Of a stretch of 26,786 nt of DNA, positions 1 to 7,208 are shown piece by piece. The notes under the pieces were generated by a model, which was given only the letters and a program-made list of their open reading frames with translations, did not search any database and had not been told where the DNA came from. Origin of the DNA: an uncultured Gammaproteobacteria bacterium (lineage in GTDB: Bacteria > Patescibacteriota > Microgenomatia > UBA1406 > GWC2-37-13); assembly GCA_964557525.1 (NCBI GenBank), contig CAZLAJ010000001.1:1-26786 (forward strand), read 5' to 3'. Both the position numbers and the translations under genes were made by a program. The stretch's first letter is position 1. Every line of letters starts with the position of its first letter.

Positions 1-273
1 CTTCTTGATCTTAATGATCCAACGAAAGTAATTAGTAGAGCACAAGAGGCGGTACTTGAGCCTGAAGTGGATTACGAAAACAATGGATTTAAGGCCGGTG
101 TTGTCTATGTAACTGGCGCAGTAGTCAGAGATAACATGATATATGTATACTACGGAGCCTCAGATAGCTATACAAGCGTCGCATATGCTAAACTGAACGA
201 TTTCCTTGGCAACCTCAGGCATGATCAGCAGCCTGTTCTTGTTACAAAAGTTGTAGAAAGACAAACTATATGA
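1..273 (+). CDS. C-terminal fragment of a GH130-like (PH1107-related) glycosidase/phosphorylase; 5' end lies outside the window
   Basis: Frame is open from base 1: LLDLNDPTKVISRAQEAVLEPEVDYENNGFKAGVVYVTGAVVRDNMIYVYYGASDSYTSVA. This matches the last blades of GH130 beta-propellers and both domains of the next gene. Its stop overlaps the next start (ATGA, 270-273). Confidence 0.85.
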   Translation, partial: LLDLNDPTKVISRAQEAVLEPEVDYENNGFKAGVVYVTGAVVRDNMIYVYYGASDSYTSVAYAKLNDFLGNLRHDQQPVLVTKVVERQTI

Positions 274-2198
274 TTGTAAAGCGGTACGAACATAATCCTA
301 TCCTTGAACCAGATTCCTCTCAAGCATGGGAGGCTCATGCAGTATTCAATGGATGTCCCATTATTAAAGACGGTAAAACGTATCTGTTTTATCGGGCAGT
401 ATCCCTCCCTCATTACCATACGAATACCCGATCAAACTTTATGGTCTCAGATATCGGTATCGCAGAAAGCGAGAACGGGTATGATTATACAAATAGGAGA
501 AAATACATCTCTCCTGAACAGGAATGGGAGAAATACGGTTGCGAAGATCCTCGCGTTACTAAACTTGATGATAAGTACTACATTACCTATACGGCACTTG
601 GTTCATGGCCGCCAAACGCGAACACCATTAAGGTAGGAGTTGCGGTGTCGAATGATCTTGCGCATATAGAAAGTAAGCATCTTGTTACACCTTTTAACGC
701 GAAGGCGATGTCTCTGTTCCCAGAGAAGATTAATGGAAAGGTCTGGGCTATATTGTCAGTAGACACTGATAACCCACCCTCCCATATCAGTCTTGCTGAG
801 CTTGATAGAGTGGAGGATCTGTGGTCAGAGTCATATTGGAATGCGTGGTATATCAAAAAGGACGAACATGTATTACGGTTAAAGTACGGACAGAAGGATC
901 ATGTCGAGGCAGGTGCGCCTCCAATAAAGACTGAACATGGGTGGTTAGTCTTTTACTCGCATATTCGCAATTACTTCACTCCGAATCCCGTCTTTGGCGT
1001 AGATGCAGTGCTGTTGGATCTGAATGATCCAAGGAAAATTATCGGGCAGACTGATGTTCCCCTTCTCGTACCGGATGAATACTACGAAAAGTACGGGACT
1101 GTACCAAACGTCGTCTTCCCGACGGGCGCGCTTCTGAAAGACCCGCATACAGTTACCCTGTTTTATGGAAGTGCGGATACCACCTGCAGTGTTGCAGATA
1201 TAGATCTGCCGCTCTTGATTGATAAGTTCATTAAAAAACAGATCTCATTTACCAAACTGAAACGTTTTGAAGGGAATCCGATAATCTCTCCAATTAAAGA
1301 AAATGGATGGGAGGCGCAGTGCACTTTTAATCCGGGAGCAATTGTATTGAATGGTAAGGTGCACATAGTGTATCGCGCAATGTCAGATGACAACACTTCT
1401 GTTTTTGGATATGCAACCAGCGCTGATGGTATGCATATCGATTATCGCGCAGCTGCCCCTATATACACACCGCGAACGTCATTTGAACAGAAATTGGTTC
1501 CTGGAGGAAACTCCGGAGTAGAGGATCCACGGCTGACTCAGATTGGGGATAAGATATATATCTTGTACACCGCATTCGATGGTAAGAATTTGTGGCGCAT
1601 TGCGATGTCTCATATACGGGTAGATGACTTTGTCGCTCAAAATTGGAACTGGTCTGATCCGGTTATCATCTCTTCACCTGATACGGACGATAAGGATGCG
1701 GCTCTCTTTCCAGACACATTTAATGGTAAATATTGTATCGTTCACAGAAGTGGGGATGATGCTGATATTTCGTTTATTGAAAGCCTTGATTTTAATGGTA
1801 ATTCATGGCTGGAAGAGGTGAGGTGGCTGCGGCCACGGAAAGGTTGGTGGGACTCAAGAAGAGTTGGAATAGCAAGTCCGCCGATCAAAACAGATGAAGG
1901 GTGGCTGGTGTTGTATCATGGAATCTCCGATGAAGATGGAGGGTACAGGGTTGGTGCGATACTAGCTGATCTCACGGATCCAACGCGGATTATAAGTAGA
2001 ACAGACTATCCCATATTTGAAGCAGAGGAGCCGTATGAAAAAGAGGGGATTGTTCCCAATGTTGTCTTTCCTTGTGGTGCTGTTGTGTTAGGAGAAGATC
2101 TGTTTGTATACTATGGGGGAGCTGATAAGGTAGTGGGCGTTGCATCTGTTAATATGAAGGAGCTGATGAATGTTCTACAGATGTGCAAGTTGGAATAA
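270..2198 (+). CDS. Tandem two-domain GH130-like glycoside hydrolase/phosphorylase (642 aa)
   Basis: Two homologous ~310-aa repeats. Each has NPI(L/I)xP..FN(G/P), EDPR, K(A/D)xxLFPxxxNG, (A/S)PPIKTxxGWLVxY(S/H), VPNVVFPxGA and YYG/FYG-(G/S)AD motifs. Confidence 0.88.
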   Translation: MIVKRYEHNPILEPDSSQAWEAHAVFNGCPIIKDGKTYLFYRAVSLPHYHTNTRSNFMVSDIGIAESENGYDYTNRRKYISPEQEWEKYGCEDPRVTKLDDKYYITYTALGSWPPNANTIKVGVAVSNDLAHIESKHLVTPFNAKAMSLFPEKINGKVWAILSVDTDNPPSHISLAELDRVEDLWSESYWNAWYIKKDEHVLRLKYGQKDHVEAGAPPIKTEHGWLVFYSHIRNYFTPNPVFGVDAVLLDLNDPRKIIGQTDVPLLVPDEYYEKYGTVPNVVFPTGALLKDPHTVTLFYGSADTTCSVADIDLPLLIDKFIKKQISFTKLKRFEGNPIISPIKENGWEAQCTFNPGAIVLNGKVHIVYRAMSDDNTSVFGYATSADGMHIDYRAAAPIYTPRTSFEQKLVPGGNSGVEDPRLTQIGDKIYILYTAFDGKNLWRIAMSHIRVDDFVAQNWNWSDPVIISSPDTDDKDAALFPDTFNGKYCIVHRSGDDADISFIESLDFNGNSWLEEVRWLRPRKGWWDSRRVGIASPPIKTDEGWLVLYHGISDEDGGYRVGAILADLTDPTRIISRTDYPIFEAEEPYEKEGIVPNVVFPCGAVVLGEDLFVYYGGADKVVGVASVNMKELMNVLQMCKLE

Positions 2199-2226
2199 AT
2201 TAAGGTTATTTTCAGTAAATAGATTG

Positions 2227-2232
2227 TATACT
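2227..2232 (+). promoter_or_regulatory. Candidate -10 element for the cytochrome b5 gene
   Basis: TATACT lies 9 nt before ATG 2242. No Shine-Dalgarno sequence and no clear -35. Confidence 0.4.
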
Positions 2233-2241
2233 TAAACCATT

Positions 2242-2739
2242 ATGAAAATTCAAAAAGAAGTTATAATCGGACTGATTCTTGTTCTTATTGTTGCTGGTTT
2301 CATTGGTTATTCTATATTGGGAAGTAGAGAAAATAAAGCTGGCGGATCTGCGCAAACTAACACGAAGCAAACAGGGCAAACAGGTGTGAATTCTTCACCA
2401 TCAAATACACCCAACAGTAAAACGCTGACTATGGCTGAGGTAGCAAAACATGGTACGCCATCAGACTGTTGGATAGTTATTTCTAATAAGGTATATAACG
2501 TGACAAACTTTGAAGATTCCCATCCGGGTGGAAAGCAAGCGATCATAAGCTCATGCGGAGCAGATGCAACAGAAAAGTTTATGACAAAAGGTGGGAAGGG
2601 TAGTCATTCCCCGAAAGCACAACAAGCCCTGCAATCTTTCTACATCGGTAACGTAAATGGTGTTCAAGTAAGTCCGGCAGTTACTGGCAAGATTCCATCT
2701 GCTGGTGAAGCTGAAGGAGAGGCAAATGAAGAACGCTAA
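2242..2739 (+). CDS. Membrane-anchored cytochrome b5-like heme-binding protein
   Basis: N-terminal hydrophobic helix and S/T/N/Q-rich linker, then TMAEVAKH..DCWIVISNKVYNVTNF..HPGG..I..CGADAT..F...HS. Both axial His positions (HPGG and GSHS) are present. Confidence 0.9.
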   Translation: MKIQKEVIIGLILVLIVAGFIGYSILGSRENKAGGSAQTNTKQTGQTGVNSSPSNTPNSKTLTMAEVAKHGTPSDCWIVISNKVYNVTNFEDSHPGGKQAIISSCGADATEKFMTKGGKGSHSPKAQQALQSFYIGNVNGVQVSPAVTGKIPSAGEAEGEANEER

Positions 2740-3013
2740 TCTCTATCTCTGGTCTAAGAAAATTCATAGGATATTCATGTTCCTCACGATCCTGCTTATC
2801 TTTTTAATGGCTGGAACAGGCACGGCTCTTAAATACCCAACATATGCGGTAAAAATACCATTCGTCGATATCGATAGATTCCGGATGCTGCACAATAATA
2901 TGAGCCCATTTTTTAGTATTTCACTCTTTGTTATGATGTTGACCGGGGTATATATGTACGTATTTCCACTTCTTCGGTCAAAGCAAAGCACGCCGAAAAC
3001 ACCAATTAATTGA
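2726..3013 (+). CDS. Small two-TM membrane protein, PepSY-associated-TM-like, with His in two amphipathic/TM segments (95 aa)
   Basis: ATG 2726 is preceded by AAGGAG and overlaps the cytochrome b5 3' end by 14 nt. Contains LWSKKIHR..LMAGTG and FRMLHN..MMLTGVYMY, the RxxHxW..TG pattern typical of PepSY_TM helices. Confidence 0.65.
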   Translation: MKNANLYLWSKKIHRIFMFLTILLIFLMAGTGTALKYPTYAVKIPFVDIDRFRMLHNNMSPFFSISLFVMMLTGVYMYVFPLLRSKQSTPKTPIN

Positions 3014-3039
3014 TTTTTTGATATGAGTTGGTATAATAT
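3010..3039 (+). promoter_or_regulatory. Sigma70-type promoter for the RRM gene
   Basis: TTGATT (3010-3015), 18 nt, TATAAT (3034-3039). An SD-like AAAGGGGG lies upstream of ATG 3120. Confidence 0.55.
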
Positions 3040-3119
3040 AGATATCTACTTAGATGGAATTTGCTGCGAGTATGACAGAAATACTTCTAGTGGGAATATA
3101 TGAAAGGGGGTGAGAATAC

Positions 3120-3428
3120 ATGGATAACAAAAAATTATTCGTCGGGAATCTTCCTTGGTCTGTAACTTCAGACACACTTCGTGAGCTCTTTGGTGAGTTC
3201 GGTGAGGTTGTTGATGCTGTCGTTATAACTGACAGAATGTCAGGTAGATCAAAAGGATTCGGTTTCGTTACCTTCGCAACTGAAGAGCAAGCTGCAGCAG
3301 CAGTCGAAGCTCGCCACAATTATGCTGTTGAGGGTAGAAACATCGTCGTGAACGTTGCACGTCCACGCGAGGAATCCTCAAACAGAGGTGGTGGTTATAA
3401 CAGAAATAGAGGTCAACGAAATTTCTAA
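3120..3428 (+). CDS. RRM (RNP-1) RNA-binding protein with Gly/Arg-rich tail
   Basis: RNP2 KLFVGNLPW, RNP1 SKGFGFVTF, end motif GRNIVVNVARPREE, tail RGGGYNRNRG. Confidence 0.95.
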   Translation: MDNKKLFVGNLPWSVTSDTLRELFGEFGEVVDAVVITDRMSGRSKGFGFVTFATEEQAAAAVEARHNYAVEGRNIVVNVARPREESSNRGGGYNRNRGQRNF

Positions 3429-3442
3429 TAACCTTGTAACTT

Positions 3443-3489
3443 AACACTATCGAGTACTAACACATGTTGGAAAAGATAGTGTTTTTTTT
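3443..3489 (+). terminator. Intrinsic terminator downstream of the RRM gene
   Basis: AACACTATC (3443-3451) pairs with GATAGTGTT (3475-3483), with an inner CTAAC/GTTGG stem, and runs into a T8 tract. Confidence 0.65.
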
Positions 3490-3619
3490 GGTACAAATCG
3501 TTCTTATAAACATGCGGATGTATAAAAAATAACTAGAAAGTTATTTAGTGACATGCTATATTCTTTAAAAGAACAAGACACATCTTTAGTATTCATAGTT
3601 AATGATTATATAAACTAGT

Positions 3620-4078
3620 ATGCCCGTGCCATCCGATCCTGAGAAAGCAAAGTATATGTTTATGGAGGATATGAAATTTCTTCAGAAAGTTATTATCTTT
3701 CATCCCTATAAAAATATATTTTTAGCATTACATAGATCACAACATGATTCTCAACGGCCGAATGATTGGGATCTGCCTGGTGGTAATGTAACGTTTGGAG
3801 AAAACCATGAGGCTGCTCTTACTCGTGAAGTAAAAGAGGAGACGCAATTATCTATCCATTCGCTTCGTCCGGCGCAGGTTGTTACGAATTTTGATGCAAA
3901 TAAGGGTCTCTACTACCTGTTTATCGGCTACACAGCTATAGCCGAGAATGATTCAGTTACAATAGACCCACAAGAACATTCGGAATATCGCTGGGTCAGC
4001 AACGAAGAGTTTTTTGCATTAACTGACACGGTATTTTTGAGAGAGTTGGTTGACGATGTGTATGCAGCTGGGCATTAA
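3620..4078 (+). CDS. Nudix hydrolase (MutT-like superfamily)
   Basis: Nudix box PGGNVTFGENHEAALTREVKEETQL and C-terminal EHSEYRWV. The start could be one of the downstream ATGs. Confidence 0.9.
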   Translation: MPVPSDPEKAKYMFMEDMKFLQKVIIFHPYKNIFLALHRSQHDSQRPNDWDLPGGNVTFGENHEAALTREVKEETQLSIHSLRPAQVVTNFDANKGLYYLFIGYTAIAENDSVTIDPQEHSEYRWVSNEEFFALTDTVFLRELVDDVYAAGH

Positions 4079-4227
4079 ACTTTCCAGAGCATTATCATGA
4101 TCAACAAGACTCCGAATACTCCAATAAGGACCATCGTGCCGACAAGAAGCGGATGGTGTGCGACGAACACTTCTGGAGTCTCTGTCTTTTTGACTCGAGC
4201 TTTTGTTTTTTTTCGTGCTTTTGCCAT
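4075..4227 (-). CDS. Small basic single-pass membrane protein (50 aa), absent from the ORF track
   Basis: Hand translation: MAKARKKTKARVKKTETPEVFVAHHPLLVGTMVLIGVFGVLLIMIMLWKV*. It has its own promoter, and its stop shares the TTAA at 4075-4078 with the Nudix stop. Confidence 0.7.
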   Translation of the reverse strand: MAKARKKTKARVKKTETPEVFVAHHPLLVGTMVLIGVFGVLLIMIMLWKV

Positions 4228-4248
4228 AGGAATTGTGTAATTATTTTG

Positions 4249-4277
4249 AGTATAGGGATAATATTACGCAAGTGCAA
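4249..4277 (-). promoter_or_regulatory. Sigma70-type promoter for the 50-aa membrane protein
   Basis: Minus strand: TTGCAC (4277-4272), 17 nt, TATACT (4254-4249). Confidence 0.65.
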
Positions 4278-4278
4278 G

Positions 4279-4284
4279 TATAAT
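4279..4284 (+). promoter_or_regulatory. Candidate -10 for the small-gene/mutY/nth unit
   Basis: Perfect TATAAT 17 nt upstream of ATG 4302, directly next to the -35 of the divergent promoter. No good -35 of its own. Confidence 0.45.
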
Positions 4285-4301
4285 AAGTGGTGTAATGTAT
4301 T

Positions 4302-4469
4302 ATGGGAACCATAAATGCAGAGTGGCATAAAGCAAATCGGATGCCGAAAAACGCCACCCATGAGGAACGTGTCCGTTGGCATAGCGAACACGCTAAACAC
4401 TGTACATGTCGTATGCCTCCCCCAAATTTACAGAAAGAGATTGAGGAGTATCGAAGGCGACAGGGTTGA
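4302..4469 (+). CDS. Small His/Cys-rich hypothetical protein (55 aa), absent from the ORF track
   Basis: Hand translation: MGTINAEWHKANRMPKNATHEERVRWHSEHAKHCTCRMPPPNLQKEIEEYRRRQG*. It fills the gap between promoter and mutY. From memory it resembles a recurring small hypothetical family with WH..MP..AT..R..WH.EHA..CxCR; no search was run. Confidence 0.75.
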   Translation: MGTINAEWHKANRMPKNATHEERVRWHSEHAKHCTCRMPPPNLQKEIEEYRRRQG

Positions 4470-4489
4470 ATAATCTCCATATTAATTCT

Positions 4490-5304
4490 ATGCAGACAGA
4501 TATACAGAGATTTCAGAGCATAGTGTATGCGTATTATCATCAGAATAAACGAGATCTTCCTTGGCGACATACTCAAGATCCATATCATATCTTTGTCTCA
4601 GAAGTTATGCTGCAACAGACACAGGTTTCGCGTGTGCTTACTAAATATCCGCTTTTTTTGGAACGGTTTCCTACACTCAAGACTCTTTCACAAAGCAACC
4701 TCACCGATGTGCTGAGCGTCTGGCAGGGGATGGGGTATAGCCGTCGAGCATTGTATCTAAAACAGTCAGCACAGCGTATGGTGGACTCCTATGACGCAAC
4801 GGTTCCAAACGATCCCGTGCTTCTTGACAGTTTACCTGGCATTGGATACGCAACAGCTTGTTCTATCTGTGTGTATGCCTTTAATAGGGCATTGCCGTTT
4901 ATTGAGACAAATGTGAGAAGAGTGTTTATTCATCACTTTTTTCAGGATACAACAGGCATAGACGACCGAAAGATTATGCCGCTTGTCGAACATCCTTGAA
5001 CTATAACGACCCAAGAGAATGGTACTATGCGCTTATGGACTATGGAACCCACCTTGCTCGTACCATTAAAAACCCTAATAGAAAGAGCAAACATTATTCT
5101 ATTCAATCACGTTTTGAGGGCTCTGATAGACAGGTAAGAGGGCAGCTTCTCTCACTGTGTCTGTCAAATGAACAGGGTATTGCGACTAAGACAATATATT
5201 CTCAACTTCCTTTTTCTCCTTCTCAAATTGACATCAATCTGGAACAATTGACGAAAGAAGGATTTTTATTTTTTGATGGTGAGCGGTATACTATTGCAAC
5301 ATAA
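4490..5304 (+). pseudogene. mutY: A/G-specific adenine glycosylase MutY (clusterless type), interrupted by a one-base frameshift near 4990-4996
   Basis: The first frame (ATG 4490, or TTG 4466, to 4999) has LPWR..DPYHIFVSEVMLQQTQVSRV, WQGMGYSRRA, HhH LPGIGYATA and IETNVRRV. The second frame (4996-5304) continues with PREWYYALMDYG..SRFEGSDRQVRG. One extra base at GAA-CA-TCC joins them as VE(Q/T)SLNYNDPREW. Confidence 0.85.
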
Positions 5305-5319
5305 ATTAGTTAATTTTCT

Positions 5320-5958
5320 ATGAACGAGCATGAAAAAAGAAAACAACGGGCTGAAATTATAGTTCGTGAGCTAAAAAAGCTGTTTCCGCACACAAAGACC
5401 GTACTCCATTATTCCACTCCGTGGGAGTTGTTATTTGCCGTGATGCTCTCCGCTCAGACGACAGATAAACTGGTTAATTCGATAACGGAAAAATTATTTA
5501 TTAAGTACCCTTCAGTAGAATCGTATGCACATGCTACACAAGCGGAGTTAGAGCAGGATATACATTCGGTTAATTTTTATAGAAATAAGGCAAAGAATAT
5601 CATTGCTACAGCTACTATTCTCCTTGATCAGTATCAGGGTCGTGTGCCCGATACAATGGAGGCCTTAACATCGCTTCCTGGCGTAGCTCGTAAGACTGCA
5701 AATGTAATTTTATCTACGATATATAACAAAGCAGAAGGGGTAGTTGTAGATACGCATGTAAAAAGACTCTCTAAACTATACGGACTTACAGATGAGGAGG
5801 ACCCGGTAAAGATTGAACGTGATCTCATGTCTCTTCTTCCCTTATCTGAATGGAAAGAGTTTAGTTTCCGCATGATTGATTACGGACGAGCATACTGCCC
5901 CGCCCGACCACACGACCACGAGAAGTGCCCGTTGGTTATAGCACTTCAAGTAGTATAG
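5320..5958 (+). CDS. nth: Endonuclease III (HhH-GPD DNA glycosylase/AP lyase) with degenerate Fe-S motif
   Basis: PWELLFAVMLSAQTTD, FYRNKAKNI, HhH LPGVARKTANV (catalytic Lys) and VVDTHVKRL (catalytic Asp). C-terminus reads YCPARPHDHEKCPL. Confidence 0.93.
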   Translation: MNEHEKRKQRAEIIVRELKKLFPHTKTVLHYSTPWELLFAVMLSAQTTDKLVNSITEKLFIKYPSVESYAHATQAELEQDIHSVNFYRNKAKNIIATATILLDQYQGRVPDTMEALTSLPGVARKTANVILSTIYNKAEGVVVDTHVKRLSKLYGLTDEEDPVKIERDLMSLLPLSEWKEFSFRMIDYGRAYCPARPHDHEKCPLVIALQVV

Positions 5959-7208
5959 GCAACATCTGTGTATTCAAGCTCCCGAATACGTCCAAAAGCA
6001 ATGCGGTCGAGTATAGTATCCTCCATATCCATAATGAGTGCTGGGGCTATAACATACTCTCCATACCTGTCGTTTATTCGATCCATTGCATCTGACACTT
6101 TGCGTAGTTTACGATTATCATCAAAGAGGCACATTTGAGAAGATGCGCTATTGCTGATAAGATCAAAACAAGTGACGTTGAGTTGAGATACTACCTTAGG
6201 TTGAGGTTGCCGGTTAAAGAGCAACCATGCTTTTCTATATAGTTCCTGAGTAGTATAAAGGTGGGCAGAAAACTTTTTGCCCATATGCCAGTAGCTTCTG
6301 TCTGCATACCCTACTCCAATATGTATTCCTTGTGCTGAGTAGTCTCCTTTTCGAAGGCGTCTTCCCATTTTTTCACAGAGCTTCATTAGTAATCTTGAAA
6401 GTAGGATGGGATTATTGGTCTTTCTGCCAAGAGCATACTGTTGACTGATGCTCTTCTGTTCAAATTCCCGATCGTCAACCTCCCAACCGCGCAGCCTCAT
6501 ATACCAATGTCTGCCCACCACGCTCTTAAATACCTGTTTGGCAAGATAGTCAGACGAGGCAGCATAAAACTGCATAGGTGTATAGATATTGTAGTAGTTG
6601 AGACGTGCTTGGTATCTGACGTTTATTCCATGGAAATCTATTAAATCAAGCGTTGTATATATTTGTTCCAGATTGGTGTGATCAATAGTGGTAAGCCCAT
6701 CAGGCTTTTTATATGACGCAGCCAGTTTTGCTAGAAAACGGTTAGGACCGATACCAATGCTACATGGTACATAGGCGCCGATCTGTTCTTTCATCTCGTT
6801 TTTAATCAGTTTTCCCACCCTTTCCAGATCGGGATAGAGGTGAATGACGGAGCTAAAGTCAAGAACTGCCTCATCAATTGATTTAGGTGTCACTTTTGGT
6901 GAGTATTGTTGAAAGATACTTCTGAAACGAATATGTACATCTCGATATTTAGGAGCATCTGGAGTGAGTACTGTAACTTTCGGGTACACCTCCCGAGCTT
7001 GAGCAACCGTCATACCCATCTTAATCCCTATCTTCTTTGCTTCAATCGAGGGAGAGAGGATGAAGGCTTTGGGGGTTGCGTAGGCGGCAACAACTACCGG
7101 CCGATTCCTGAGGAGCGGGTTTGCCTGTTGTTCAATCGAAGCAAAGCACGAGTTAAGGTCAATATGCATAATGAGGGGTTTGGCGGTATTAAGAGGCAGA
7201 TGCTTCAT
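5946..7208 (-). CDS. dinB: Y-family DNA polymerase (DinB/UmuC-like) with beta-clamp and RecA-NT-like C-terminal motifs
   Basis: HIDLNSCFASIE, SIEAK..GIKMGM, SIDEA, KFLAKLA-like RFLAKLAA and KPDG. Tail has QMCLF and MDRINDRYGEYVIAPA. ATG 7208 is preferred over the ORF-track start at 7220. Confidence 0.9.
   Translation of the reverse strand: MKHLPLNTAKPLIMHIDLNSCFASIEQQANPLLRNRPVVVAAYATPKAFILSPSIEAKKIGIKMGMTVAQAREVYPKVTVLTPDAPKYRDVHIRFRSIFQQYSPKVTPKSIDEAVLDFSSVIHLYPDLERVGKLIKNEMKEQIGAYVPCSIGIGPNRFLAKLAASYKKPDGLTTIDHTNLEQIYTTLDLIDFHGINVRYQARLNYYNIYTPMQFYAASSDYLAKQVFKSVVGRHWYMRLRGWEVDDREFEQKSISQQYALGRKTNNPILLSRLLMKLCEKMGRRLRKGDYSAQGIHIGVGYADRSYWHMGKKFSAHLYTTQELYRKAWLLFNRQPQPKVVSQLNVTCFDLISNSASSQMCLFDDNRKLRKVSDAMDRINDRYGEYVIAPALIMDMEDTILDRIAFGRIRELEYTDVAYTT

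Noticed and set aside
4101-4588. ORF-track minus-strand ORFs 4101..4400 and 4241..4588
   Set aside because: No recognisable motifs. They overlap two better-supported small genes (4075-4227 minus, 4302-4469 plus), their promoters and the mutY start.
4937-4942. T6 run as a programmed frameshift or slippage site for mutY
   Set aside because: MutY-like sequence continues in the same frame for about 16 more codons after the run. The break maps to ~4990-4996, where there is no homopolymer or X-XXY-YYZ heptamer.
4997-4999. TGA read-through (genetic code 25/4) as an explanation for the split mutY
   Set aside because: The continuation is in a different frame. TGA also ends rpoC and other genes, and the long ORFs have no internal TGA, so code 11 fits.
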